Source: Parasitella parasitica NRRL 2501 (taxonomy: Eukaryota > Fungi > Mucoromycota). From it: DNA of 57,682 nucleotides. The number at the start of each line of letters is the position of its first letter. Position 1 is the stretch's first letter. The stretch is from contig MU619274.1 of assembly GCA_025201805.1 (NCBI GenBank), positions 1 to 57,682 of the forward strand, given 5' to 3'. Below the pieces are notes generated by a model. It worked only from the letters and a program-made list of their open reading frames with translations, was not told where the DNA came from and did no database searches. Shown piece after piece: positions 13,421 to 25,400 of the stretch. Both the position numbers and the translations under genes were made by a program.

Positions 13421-15292
13421 ATGAAATCATATACATCGATACCTGTCTCGATTAAAGAGAAGCAAGCCCCATTTGAGTTTAGTTCGTCTGAGCATCAGCA
13501 AGTAAAAGATTTTTTGGATAAATGTCATTTACAACAATATTATGCAACTTTTATTGAAGAAGGATTTGAATCTTTACAAGCTGTAAGTTATCTGTTCTTT
13601 CATATTCTTTTGGAAGCGTCTTTTTGCTTCCCTATTTGAATGTCCGGACCAACTTTTTTTTGCCTTGGGTTTTTTATCAATTAGGTACTGGAAATTACAG
13701 AAGAAGATTTAATTGCTTTATATGTGAAGAGAGGCCATAGAAGAGTAAAGTATTCATTTTATTAATAGTGAAGACTACTTTATATTTCTGACATCATATT
13801 CGTTTTTTAGGTAATCCAAAGAGCCATAGCAACTTTAAATGGCGTCCCAGAACATCAGCCACTGCAAACGGTGAGCAAAAGCATTGCAACTAGCATTCCG
13901 CCGTCCACAGTCAGCGCATCATGTTCCAGTATGTTCCAGAACGGAATTCAATTGAGGGGGGTTTTTTTTTTCTCATACGCTTTATTTATTTGCTTTATAG
14001 AGTCGCATAATAATGGTAATCATTCTAGCGAGGGATCTTCAGGCACTTATACCACGAGCGGATATGGTTCAATGGGTTCTCCACGACTTGCGACGTCCGC
14101 AATGTTTAATACAAACAGCGTAAGTAAGCCTAATACCTTCCACAGCTCTTCCGGCTATTCTGTCAATAATAGCGAAATGAACAACACATCGTTGATTAAC
14201 ATAGCAACCACCGATCATCTGCCTTCTCACACACGACAACTGGCTCACATTGTTCATCAAAATCCAACCGAATGTGAATCCCAGGATATGATCGATGCAA
14301 GCCAAAAAGAATCACGATCATCGTATTCCTCCCATGACGATGAGGATGAGGATATAGCTGAAGATGAGCAATCTAATAATGAGAATTCAAGCACTACCTC
14401 ACCATTAAAAAGGAAATATAGACGCCATCCTAAACCAGATAAGAATGCGCCAATCAAGCCACCTTCTGCCTACATAATGTTTTCTAACGATGCTCGCGCT
14501 CAGCTGAAAGGACACAACATGACATTCGTCGAAATTGCAAAAATTGTGGGCGATCAATGGAAAAACCTGGGAATTAATCAAAAACAGAAATATGAACGAA
14601 CAGCGATGAGAGTAAAAGATGAATACATTAGTGCTTTGAACGAGTACAGAAAAACCAAGGAATACAAGGTAAATTAGGAGACTTTTGGTTTGGGAGAAAG
14701 CAGCAAATCAAATAATATTTGTATGCACACAGGAGTATCAAAAGTATTTGACCAATTTCAAAGCGGAGCAAGATGCTACTAATCGAAAAATTGTGAGGTT
14801 ACGAAAGAGAGCGAAAAGATCATCACCTGGAAGGTTTGTTTGCAAGAATTTGCAGTATGGGCACAGTATAATAATATACTGACTACTCGAAAAAAAAGTT
14901 GTAGTTTGGCTGACAGTTCCTCTAATGGTAATGACAGAACTTCAAGTAACGGCAGTTGTGAATCTCACTCATATTGCATGAACACAGACAATGCCCGAAG
15001 TTCATCTTCTAGTGGTGGATCCACTGATATATACAAGGCGCATCGTAAGGCACAAAACAACATTACTAGCAAGGGTAGCAGTAGCGAAGAGGGAAGTTTA
15101 CTACAAAGTATGGATACGACTCCGAAAGCGTCGACATCAACGACTCCACCCGATGAAGCAGACGACGAAGCACACGCTAACAATGAGAGCTTGATAGAAG
15201 AATGCTATTCTCCTCAACAGAAAGCACCACCTCTGATAAGCGATGCTATGGCAAAATCAAATTATCACAGATTACCTTTTAATGAGCAATGA
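13421..15292 (+). CDS. SAM-domain + HMG-box protein
   Basis: Spliced SAM domain (VKDFLDKCHLQQYYATFIEEGFESLQA-VLEITEEDLIALYVKRGHRR-VIQRAI). HMG box KRKYRRHPKPDKNAPIKPPSAYIMFSND...IAKIVGDQWK. Ser-rich linkers. Confidence 0.88.
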
Positions 15293-16593
15293 TATTGTGT
15301 ACTACGCCCATCAGAATACCAGCAGCGTGAGTTTTATTTGTCCTTTTATTTGTTATTATTTCTCTCTCCCTTTAATTTATACAAAACTATGCATCCCCTT
15401 TTCTAATCAAAAGAGTACTTAATCCATCAAAACCTTTGTAAATAAATCAATCTTAAAAAAAAAAGTAACACATTTCTTGTTTGGAACTTGCTCCTTTTTT
15501 GGCCATCTAAAATAGGGAAACAAACAAAGTGTTTGAGTAAGCACAGCTCCGTGTAATCCAAACGCTCACAGAAAACACTCCTTCAACCGTACTAAAGTGG
15601 AAAAAAAAAAGTAATCGTCATATAGTGGCCGCGAAATTTCGATCCATGGCTTTCAAGATCGCCAGCATCACTGTCAAAAGCTTAATTTATTACCATACAT
15701 GTTTAGCTTCCATTCACAATTACTATTAGCAGTTTAGAGTCTTCCTTTATATCCACTAATGGACTAGTACCGAATCTCTTTTAGCAAGTTGACACTAAAT
15801 GCCCGTATCATTGTATGATGTACGTCATAACTGATAAACAAATAATCCTATCTGATGAATCAGCAGCAGTAACGATATATTGTGTTTCAAAACATCAGGT
15901 TACAGGACTTTCAATGGTTCCCTATGATAATGAGGATTCTGTACATGGCTGAATTAGAGTAAAAAATTGTTTGTAGCCTGACTTATACATTATGTCATAA
16001 GCATTGATCAGGTTTCAATGAACAGCACAAGACTATTGAATGGCATGGCAGAAACCCGGTAACCATTGTTACATTTGTCGAATGAGGATCAACATGTTCG
16101 AAGAACGAAGAGCAAGTTGGAACAGTGAGAAAAAAAACCATTAGATATTGATGCTAACTAGTTTGCATAAAGTACAAGCGTATTTTGCATCAGCTATTAT
16201 TAATACTATGTCAAAGAGCCCAACAATAAATTATCACAAATAGGAGCTATCTCACGTTGCATCAACAAAGGCACCATTGTAAGAAAATACTACTAATATG
16301 GTCAATTTTTTCTTTTTGTTTTTTGTCACAAGGACACTCAACTGCAGCCAAATGGCATAGTATACACATAATGATCCTAGAGCAGATATGCAATGGATTC
16401 AGTAGGGTTTTTGACAATAACTCTTTCATATCACGGCAAATAGCAGTTTACAAGCAAGTTTTATCATGCTTTTAAGGCTATGATCTGGCTTGGTTCGATT
16501 TGCACATATATGTCCCCTTTGTTTAGGAACATATATAAATATATAAAGAAGCACTTTTTGCTTTGGACGTTTGCCTATTTTTCATTTTAAAGA

Positions 16594-17071
16594 ATGCCAG
16601 GAATTTGCAGCAAGCCAGTCAAAATTTTTCGTCTCGATGATGACAATAACTTTGGTAATTGAATAATATCACACTAAAGAAGCCTATAACACTGTATCTG
16701 ACCATGTCGTCTTAGTGAGCGATATTATGCCAAGCGGTATCACAGATGCCACCGAGGGATTGGGCCTAGGCAGCGCGAGCATACAACTAATTTGTAACCT
16801 TTGCTTCCATATGTTTTCTGAAAAGGATTTAGGAATGACTAAGGAAGCTGAATATGATGCGAGCAGCATTGCTAAAGAACTCGAGAAATATGTTGCTGAT
16901 TATAGTTTAGAAGACATTGAAAAAGTTACCGAAATATTCATAAATCACAATGTATCGCATTTCGGGTTATCTAATCCTGTAAACGGAAAGAGAAAACTTT
17001 ATACTCTTGACGAAACAGGCCGTAAGAGAATCTATCTTAAATTAGAAGACGCTATCTTCTCATCCAACTGA
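16594..17071 (+). CDS. Small hypothetical protein (~138 aa), possible winged-helix fold
   Basis: ATG 16594, GT-AG intron 16655-16715 keeps frame into ORF 16715-17071. Double TATA at ~16532-16546. SSIAKELEK...KRKLYTLDETGRKRI resembles PadR/MarR-type wHTH. Confidence 0.7.
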
Positions 17072-17577
17072 TCATCTATGGTTACGCTCTCCTTAAATGT
17101 TCCTCTTATGTCCAAGTCTACAGTTCCACTTTTTTAATCAAATTTTACTTTTTATGAACACAATCACACACAAAAAATATGCTATAATAAATCTACAGAC
17201 CTCAAGAATAACTGTATACAGAAGCTTGAGTTAAACTTTCACTTCATTGATAGCGCATGTCGCCCTGGCTTATTACAGTTGTTTTTTCTATTAAATTCTT
17301 TATAAAATCCTAGCTCATCCAACCCAAATGCAAAACTCCATTCAAGTCTCTTTACAACAATTTGACTTGTACAGACATATACCATTGAAACATGTATATT
17401 AAGCTCCTCTAGCTGTTGTTCATTGTATTTTAGCAAATGTCCAGACATTTTAGGTCATTATCGCATTGTCAACGTTGATTTTTTAAATTTTTTATTTTTT
17501 ATTTTACCAAGGCAAATATACGGTGTACATTGGGTAATATCAAAGGAAAGGAGAGGGTATACGATATAATCTGTCAG

Positions 17578-18629
17578 TTATTCCTGCGCTTCTATTTCTC
17601 CTATTGAATGCTTCTGAGCGTTTGCCAGCTTTTTTTCCTCTCTATGCATTTTGGCTTGTTCTCTATCAAAATCTACTTTACTCAAAAATTCTGGAATTCG
17701 TTCAAACATATTCTCATAAATTTCATCCCTTGTCCAGCCAGCAGAGTTAGCTTCTAGTAACAGATCAATAAAGAAACTCTGGATTTCGGCTGTGGTAACC
17801 TTGTCATTGGGGATCATTGATTCAAATTTCTCACCGCATTCTGCTGCCTTTTCTTTCTCTTCGCCTTCGATGGGCATCGATGTAGTCTCATCCAATTTCA
17901 TAAATCTCCAAAACGTGTCTCTGACTTGCTCAGGGGCAGCATAATCGAATTTGAGCTTGACATCGATTCTACCAGGACGCAGTAATGCTGGTGTAATTTT
18001 ATTAAGGTTATTGCAAGTCATGAAAATCACTATTCGATATGCATTAATACAAGGCACAAAACCAGTTGCAAGCATACATAGTAGGTAGCTTACTTGATCC
18101 CTCTTGGCTCTGCATGCCATCCAATACATTCAGTAAACCAGACATGGTGAGTGTGTCTTTCTTCTCTTTGTCGCTAGCGCTATTCTCAAATAAATGATCG
18201 ATGTCTTCAATAATAACGATACTGTTATGAGGCACGTTTCTGATCAATGATAACAGATTATCATTGGTTGTTGTAGCCAAAGCGCCCATGATGGCAATGT
18301 TATAATCCAAGTGGTTCTAAATATCGTGAGTTAGCTGCCCACATACATCAATGCTAACACAACTTACAGCGATCGCTTGGATAGTTGAGGTCTTTCCTGT
18401 GCCTGGAGGACCATACAACAGATAACCACGACGATGTGGAATGCCTCGTTTTGTGTACCAGTCAGCCCTTCTTTTAAAAGTCTGCATATCCATCATCAAA
18501 TGTTCCATTTGACCCTTTTTCAAATGAATACTGTCTATTTCGCGGGAAGGAAGCTGTCTCTCATGCTTCCAGTTATAAGCATCGCTTCTCCAGATGTCCT
18601 TTTACACAAAAAGAAATGCTTATTAAATG

Positions 18630-18664
<35 letters not shown>

Positions 18665-19664
18665 TGCATTTTTTTTTGATTTTTTTTTTTCCTTTTTTAT
18701 TTTCAATCAAGGTTAATCGCATTTGAGAAAATGGAATGAACCCTTTTCTAAAAACTTTTTTTTTTTGGTTATAGAAATGGATGCTCACTCGCGATGTTTG
18801 TGTCTTGTTGTATTCATCTGACCATTCTTGTAGAATTACATGAAGCAACTTGGTGTCACGATCCATCATACTAAAGTTTAAATGTGTCAACACGTGTAAC
18901 AATTAAATTGGTCAGTTAAATATTGATTTTACCTAACAGCTATATGCTCCTCATCACGCTCAGTTTCGGTAATGATAGCATCTTTAAATACGACTTTCAC
19001 GATATGGCCTTTATAAGTAAGCTCTTCATCAAAATCAGCAGCTATTGGACAAATTAGTAGATGGCAGCTATAACGCTTGTTTTCACAGCTTACGAGGCAG
19101 CAGTTGAACCTTGATAGTCGACTCATCCATAGAAGATTCCTCACTATAATTTGTAACATCATCCCATTCATCCCAGCATGATTGTTCATAATTATCGACA
19201 TAGGTTGTGTTTAGTGATCCATTGCCATTGTACTGCGCAATGCCAGAGGCCAACTTGTCTTTGGTGTTTCCATGCTCAAAGGCATACTTGGACACAATAT
19301 TGTACAAGTTGTCTGTAGAATAAATCTTGATAGTGACATATCCAGGAGGATCTACCTTTTTGAAAACCCTCTCGACCAGTTTTGCCCAATGTGTTCTTAG
19401 AATCGCTATTTTAGAAAATGTCAGCCCGTAGTTTCATTCGACACAGTGGTGAGTATACTTACGTGCAATGTAAAATGCCAAAGAAAGCGCAACAAAATCG
19501 TTTCCAAAGTACTTTTGCCCCAAACTCACTAACCTTTCACCGAGAACATTCTTCCAAATATTTTCGTCTGAAATCTTTTCAAGAAAGGTTAAAAAAAGGT
19601 TCATGATTGTGCCAATACGAGCAACAGGGTTGATGGCATTCATTGTGATTAAAGCGTTGGTCAT
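17578..19664 (-). CDS. BCS1-like AAA+ ATPase
   Basis: WYTKRGIPHRRGYLLYGPPGTGKTS (Walker A), IIEDID (Walker B), TMSGLLNVLDG, FMTCN, PALLRPGRID. N-terminal TM segment. Exon phases stay in frame where checked. Confidence 0.9.
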
Positions 19665-20489
19665 CTTTTGTTGTGTTGGGAACGTTGAATGGGAAAGAGA
19701 AAACGAAGTTTTACCATGACAAAACAGTACCAATCCCTTTTATATATAGTCATCATCTTGAATACTGCGGTTCATTTTACATATAATCGACTGCGGTAAA
19801 CATAAATGCAAATAAATGATATTTACAAGATTTGCAATACAGAGGAAAGGATGTCGCAGCAAGTGAATGCGGCATAAAGCCTTGGGAGATAGGTATTGCT
19901 AAACGTAGCTGCCATGTAACACGACAGCCACTTGTTAGGTGACACTAACTGATATTACTACGCATGGACATTTAGTTTCGAAAATATACAAAGAGAGAAT
20001 TTATGGAATCTCTTTACTATCGACACTGTAATTAAAAGATGTGTACAATTTAGGCACTGTATATTCAGGTTTGTTATATGTGTAGTATTGCCTTGTGCAA
20101 GGTCTGTATGCTACAATATATATAGTCAAACTGTTGAAATTTTACCTGCAAATAATTTCTGCTAGCTATAGATGTGCCCCTTATTCGAGTTAAAGTGCCT
20201 CTCAGATAGCCCTGATCATGTATGTATTGATGACAAGCTTCAAATATTACTATTTTTTGGGGTTTATTTCAAAAGGTTCCGACGTTTATATGTATTGCTT
20301 AGGTGAAACTCACCATTTTCTGCTGGTAACTTTCTACATACGGATATATTTGTAGATATGCATGTTTTAACAGTTAGTTATAGTGCTGCTTATTAACCTC
20401 TGTATTTCCAAATTCGATCTCGGTTCTTAACGCCTCATTAAGTAGAAATTAAGGTTAATAATGTCTGCAAATTGTCTGTCGACCATGAA

Positions 20490-21180
20490 ATTAAGACTGA
20501 TAATGTGCATAACTTTTGATAGACACGTCGCTCAAGGGAAATCAAGTAATGCTCAGATAGCGATGATCGTTCCTGATTTGATGGCGCATAAGACGGGCTT
20601 TAATTTGCTCTTCATTGCAGCCTATCAGCGATTATTTGCAATTTTGACATGTAAATTTGTGATATCATCTGATAACTTTATAGATATCAATAAAATCATA
20701 AATACCAATACTGTAGTTAGATATCGCCATGTCAAAGCTATGTTTTCCAGGTTAAATCTCGGCTTCACGGCCATTTTAGCAGAAGTTATGAGTAAAAATA
20801 TCTGATTATTATAATAAATTAGGAAAAATAAAATTGTTTTTGCACATAACTTTTGATAGAGACATCGCCCAGTGAAAAGCAAAATATGTTCAAATAGATG
20901 ATCATAATATATGTTTTAATAAATCATAAATACAGGCTTTATTTGGCTGTTTATCGAAGGTTAATAGCGCTTATATATAATTTTTCATATTTGAAGATCA
21001 TTTGTTTTCTGTTGATGATTTTATAGGAGATATCGTATTTTTATTCATAAAAATATGCTTGGTAGATAGCGTTGATATGTCGATATGATTTCCAGGTTCG
21101 ACATCAGTTCTGTAGTTTTATTTATAGCCGATATTATGACCTAAAAATGTGTGCTATATGAGATATTTAACAACTATTCG
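20490..21180 (-). repeat. About two degenerate copies of the ~350-bp repeat family
   Basis: Reverse complement of 20545-20645 matches 575-680. Reverse complement of 20722-20875 matches 56992-57151. Confidence 0.8.
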
Positions 21181-21507
21181 TATATATTTTGAATTTTAGA
21201 CTATAATGAGAAATGAACCATGCCAAATTCGAAATATAGTAAATATTGACGTTATAGTAGAGTGATGATGATCTGTATGTCTCTTTTGTATCATTTCAAG
21301 CGACAAATAATCAGTGTGTATCGTAAAAGTCATATTCGAGCTGAATTCTATAAAAAGTTGCTTTATAATTTTAACAAGAGCCGTCAATGAGGTGTTTTTG
21401 TCAGCGGTACTATATAAAGGCGAGTGATAACCAAGCAAACCTTTCTCGTCTTCTTTTGCTTTATGATTCTTTCTCGGCTTAACCAAACACGCTCTTATTT
21501 TACTAGT

Positions 21508-22436
21508 ATGATTATCAAACCTGTTAAATGTCTCAAGGATAAGTAAGTTATAGACGCATTGTGTCGAAAATTGTTTCCTAATGTCAAACCAAAAGTTACT
21601 CGTATATTCTATTAGACCAAGTATCCAAGCAAGGTACAGTATGAATGTCTAAAGTCGAACAAAATAACTGTAGTGGGGTCCTAAGGCTATCAATATTACA
21701 TTATTAGCTGCTGCTGTCGATCCGGTTGAACCAGATAACGTTTTAAAGGCGCTCGAAGCTTACCCAGATTACAAGTTGTCCATGTAACCATCATTTGCAT
21801 TGCTAATACGAAAACAACTAAATTAGAAATAGGATCTTGACAACCCATCATCATTGGGATCATGCTGGTGGCAACCCTAAATTATTACAGAAATTTCCTG
21901 TAACATGTTATGGGGGATCAGATCAAGTAGATGGTGTTAGCCACATCCTCAAGGACAACGAAACCATTCAACTTGGAGATTTAACCATCAAAGCGCTTTC
22001 CACGACGGGCCATACCATGGACCACATTTGCTACTATATTGCACACGGCCAAGATCGCGCTGTATTTACAGGCGATTGTCTTTTTTCGAGTGGATGCGGT
22101 AGGTTTTTTGAAGGAACACCTGCAGACATGTGGAGAGCTTTGTCAAAGTTATTACTGCTTCCTGACGACACCAAGGTTTATTTTGGGCATGAATACACCG
22201 TTAGCAATCTTAAATTTGCGCAGCATGTCGAAAAAGACAACCAAGACATCCAAAAGAAATTGGAATGGGCGAAACAAGTTGGATGTACTACGCCTTCCAC
22301 TATCGAGAACGAAAAGTTAACAAACCCTTTTATGAGAGTTGATCTTCCTGCCGTTGCCAAGCTAATTACTCATGATAGCAGCTCATCTGTTACCAATGTA
22401 TTGGGGAAGCTTCGTAAAATGAAGGATAATTTTTAG
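21508..22436 (+). CDS. GLO2: Hydroxyacylglutathione hydrolase (glyoxalase II)
   Basis: Spliced MIIKPVKCLKDN-YSYILLD..-AAAVDPVEP..; THHHWDHAGGN, GHT.DH, FTGDCLFSSGCGRFFEG, GHEYT, EKLTNPFMR. Confidence 0.96.
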
Positions 22437-22465
22437 TCTTTTATTAAATAAAGTATACAATGTAT

Positions 22466-25400
22466 TTATTTTGATAATGCTGGTGGCGCCACTGGTGGAG
22501 CTGCTGCTGGTGCCTTTTTCTCTTTTCTTCTAGCTATACGTCTTTTGGTGTAGTCATTCATATGGCTATTATTCATACTGCCGCCGCTGGTATTTGTTGT
22601 GCTGCTGCTACTGCTGGAGTGGATGAAATTGTTGGGAGCCTTTCTCATTTGAACTTGCAACTGATTTCCGTGAGAATCGACCGCAATGAATTTATTGCCT
22701 TCTATATAGCCACTTGTAGTTGTAGATGCCGAATGGCTGGGAGATCCGGTTATATTACCTGCACTAGGACGGCGCTGTTGCTGTCTACGCGTCTCGATGA
22801 AGCCTTCCTGGATGGTAGGCGATTTTGGCTCCTCTTCTTCAGGTATAGCTGCAGTCTTCTTTTTATGTCTAGGGATAAAATCACCTTCCAGCAAAGCGTG
22901 ATCTCTCAAAAACTGGGACAATTCTGTCCAACCGCCACCAACACGCACCATAACCATTTTACTTTTAAGCACTCGACAATAGGCCAGCTTGGGGTTCAAA
23001 TTACCAAACCAGTATCTGCCGACTTCTCCAGGAACCATCTTGACTTTGACGCGGTAAGGCGTTTCATTCACAATACGGCCAATTTCAATGTCCAAGTCGT
23101 TATCAGGATCTGCAACATAGCTGTTGAGCGGTGGTTTGGTGGTAGTTTTGGACGTTCTTGGCTTTAGATGTGTTGCTGATTTAGAAGGTTGATGAGGAGG
23201 GGGAGCTAAATATCGAGATGGCAATCTTGTGGTGCTTGTGGTGCGAGATGAAGATGACGACGATGATGTGCTGCTCGCAGTGGGTGACAGCCTCTGTCTT
23301 CCTACATCTCCTCGATCACGCAACAACGAAGATGCTTTTCTAGTCGGTAGTGATGATTTTCTGATTCTGGCGTGCTGATCTTGGCTGTCTTGTGAGGTGT
23401 CAATTGTACGGCTAAGCTCAATTTTGCGAGTTTTGAACTGCTTTTTGATGCTCATCCATTTACGGTCCATCTCTTGGAGCTGCTGATGCACTGCCTCACC
23501 GCCTTTCTCTGTCAATTTTGTAACGCTCTTTGCCTGTTCTTGCGCTAATGCCAGACTGGGTACGATCTTGCGTTCATAGTATTTGAAGCGAGCATCCAAT
23601 TCAATCAGCTTAGCCTGTAAATCAGTACGACTCAACGTCCTTATTAACGAATGGTGCGGCGCCGATTGGCTTACAGCTTCTTCCAGAGAGCTCTGCAAAA
23701 TTTCGATATCGTCAACTGTACTCAAAAAAATCCCTATCGCCATGCATTTTTCTAAAGCAGTATATTTTGCAATATACATCTGCTGGAGAGTCTTTATGGA
23801 CTGTTTGAGCTCAAGATGTTGTCTTGTAAATGTGATGTCAGCATCAAATTCAGCCATTAGTCCATCAAGCTCTTCCAACTCTTGTTCAATCTGAGGTAGC
23901 ATTTCTGATTCTGTAGCCTTTAGGTGTTTTTCTATGTCTTTTACTTCTCCTTGACGAGGCAAAGACGTCAATGCTGGAATATTTGCGTTTTCGGCCTCTT
24001 TTTTCACTACGGTAGACGCAGTTTCTTCGTCGTCTTCGTCCGTTGCTACTTGAGTTTTATCGTCGTCCTCATCGTCCACAAGGTCAGGCTTGGCGTCATA
24101 ATCGTGCAATCGAGTTCTATCCAGATAGTCTTTTGTTTCTCCAACCAAGGCCATCAAATGCTTCATTTTGCGAGCCAAGCCGACTCCTCGAGTAGTCTTC
24201 TCAATCTCTTCTTGTACTATTTTCAGATCAGTTTGCGTCTTTTGCCACTGATCCTTGACATCTCCAGTTGTGGGTATGGCGATGCGATTCACCATCTGCT
24301 GCGCAATCTCTTGATCGCATTGGACAGATTCTACTTCTTGTGATAAATCCAAGAATGATTGTATCACCTTGTGGAAATCGCTCATTTTTTGTGCTAGACT
24401 TGCAAGGTCCAGTGCTGCAGATTCATCTTGATCCTTCAAGTCAGCAAGAGCAGTTTGGCAGTTTGTAAGCCATGATCTAATGTTCTCTGCACTCTTGTTA
24501 TGGCCCAGAACACGACGCATGACATCGTTAATCTGCGCTTTGCCATTCAATTCAGCATCCAAATCAGACATTGCCTTTCTCAAATCTTGCTGCATCTTGG
24601 TACAGTCAACATTGTATTTCCTGGAAACAGCGTCAATACGGGATTCAATGCCAATCAATTGGTGCTTGAATGCTTGTTGAGTTGCTTCTCTGGTGATATA
24701 CATGGCTGATACTTGTTTGTACACCGCGTCTAGTGCTAGTGCGTCGGTGATGTTGTCAGGAATACTGCCAGACTGTATAGCTTCAACTTCCTCATTGATT
24801 TGGCTGCAAAGTGACGCTACCAACTGCTCGCACTCGGTCATGTCCACGTGCTGCAGCGCAAAGGTCCTCTTTTCAGATAATAGCAGAGACGCTGCATCTA
24901 CCTGTTTAATCAAGTCTTCATACCTCTCCTTGAATCTGGCCATATTGTCATCCTCCTGTGGTATCGAAGTTGCAATATCCAGACAAGCAGCTGCACGGTG
25001 TTTCAGCAAGACCAGCAGCGATGCATCTTGGTCCAAGAAAGTAGGCACAACGTCAGAGAGCTCAAAGCGATCTAAGCGTCGCAATACGCCCTCCAGTGCT
25101 TCATCCTTGATATCATTCAACTTGGAGTGTACCTCTTGCCACTGAAGAAGGGATTTGATGCTGGTTTGATGGTAGTTGGCCAGCTCTTGTCGGGTTTGTT
25201 TCCACTGCTTTTCCAACTGTGATTGGCGGGTATCGATCTCTTGCAGATCACTCACCTTGTTGAGCTGCAAAAAGCGATAGAAAGATCGCTGCTCGTCGTA
25301 TTTCTCTTGATCCAGCATTTGGCAGCAATTATGATAGTCAGAGCTGACATCATGAAGTAACGCTCTGTCGTGTTCCATATCGCCTTGCATAACAGTAGGC

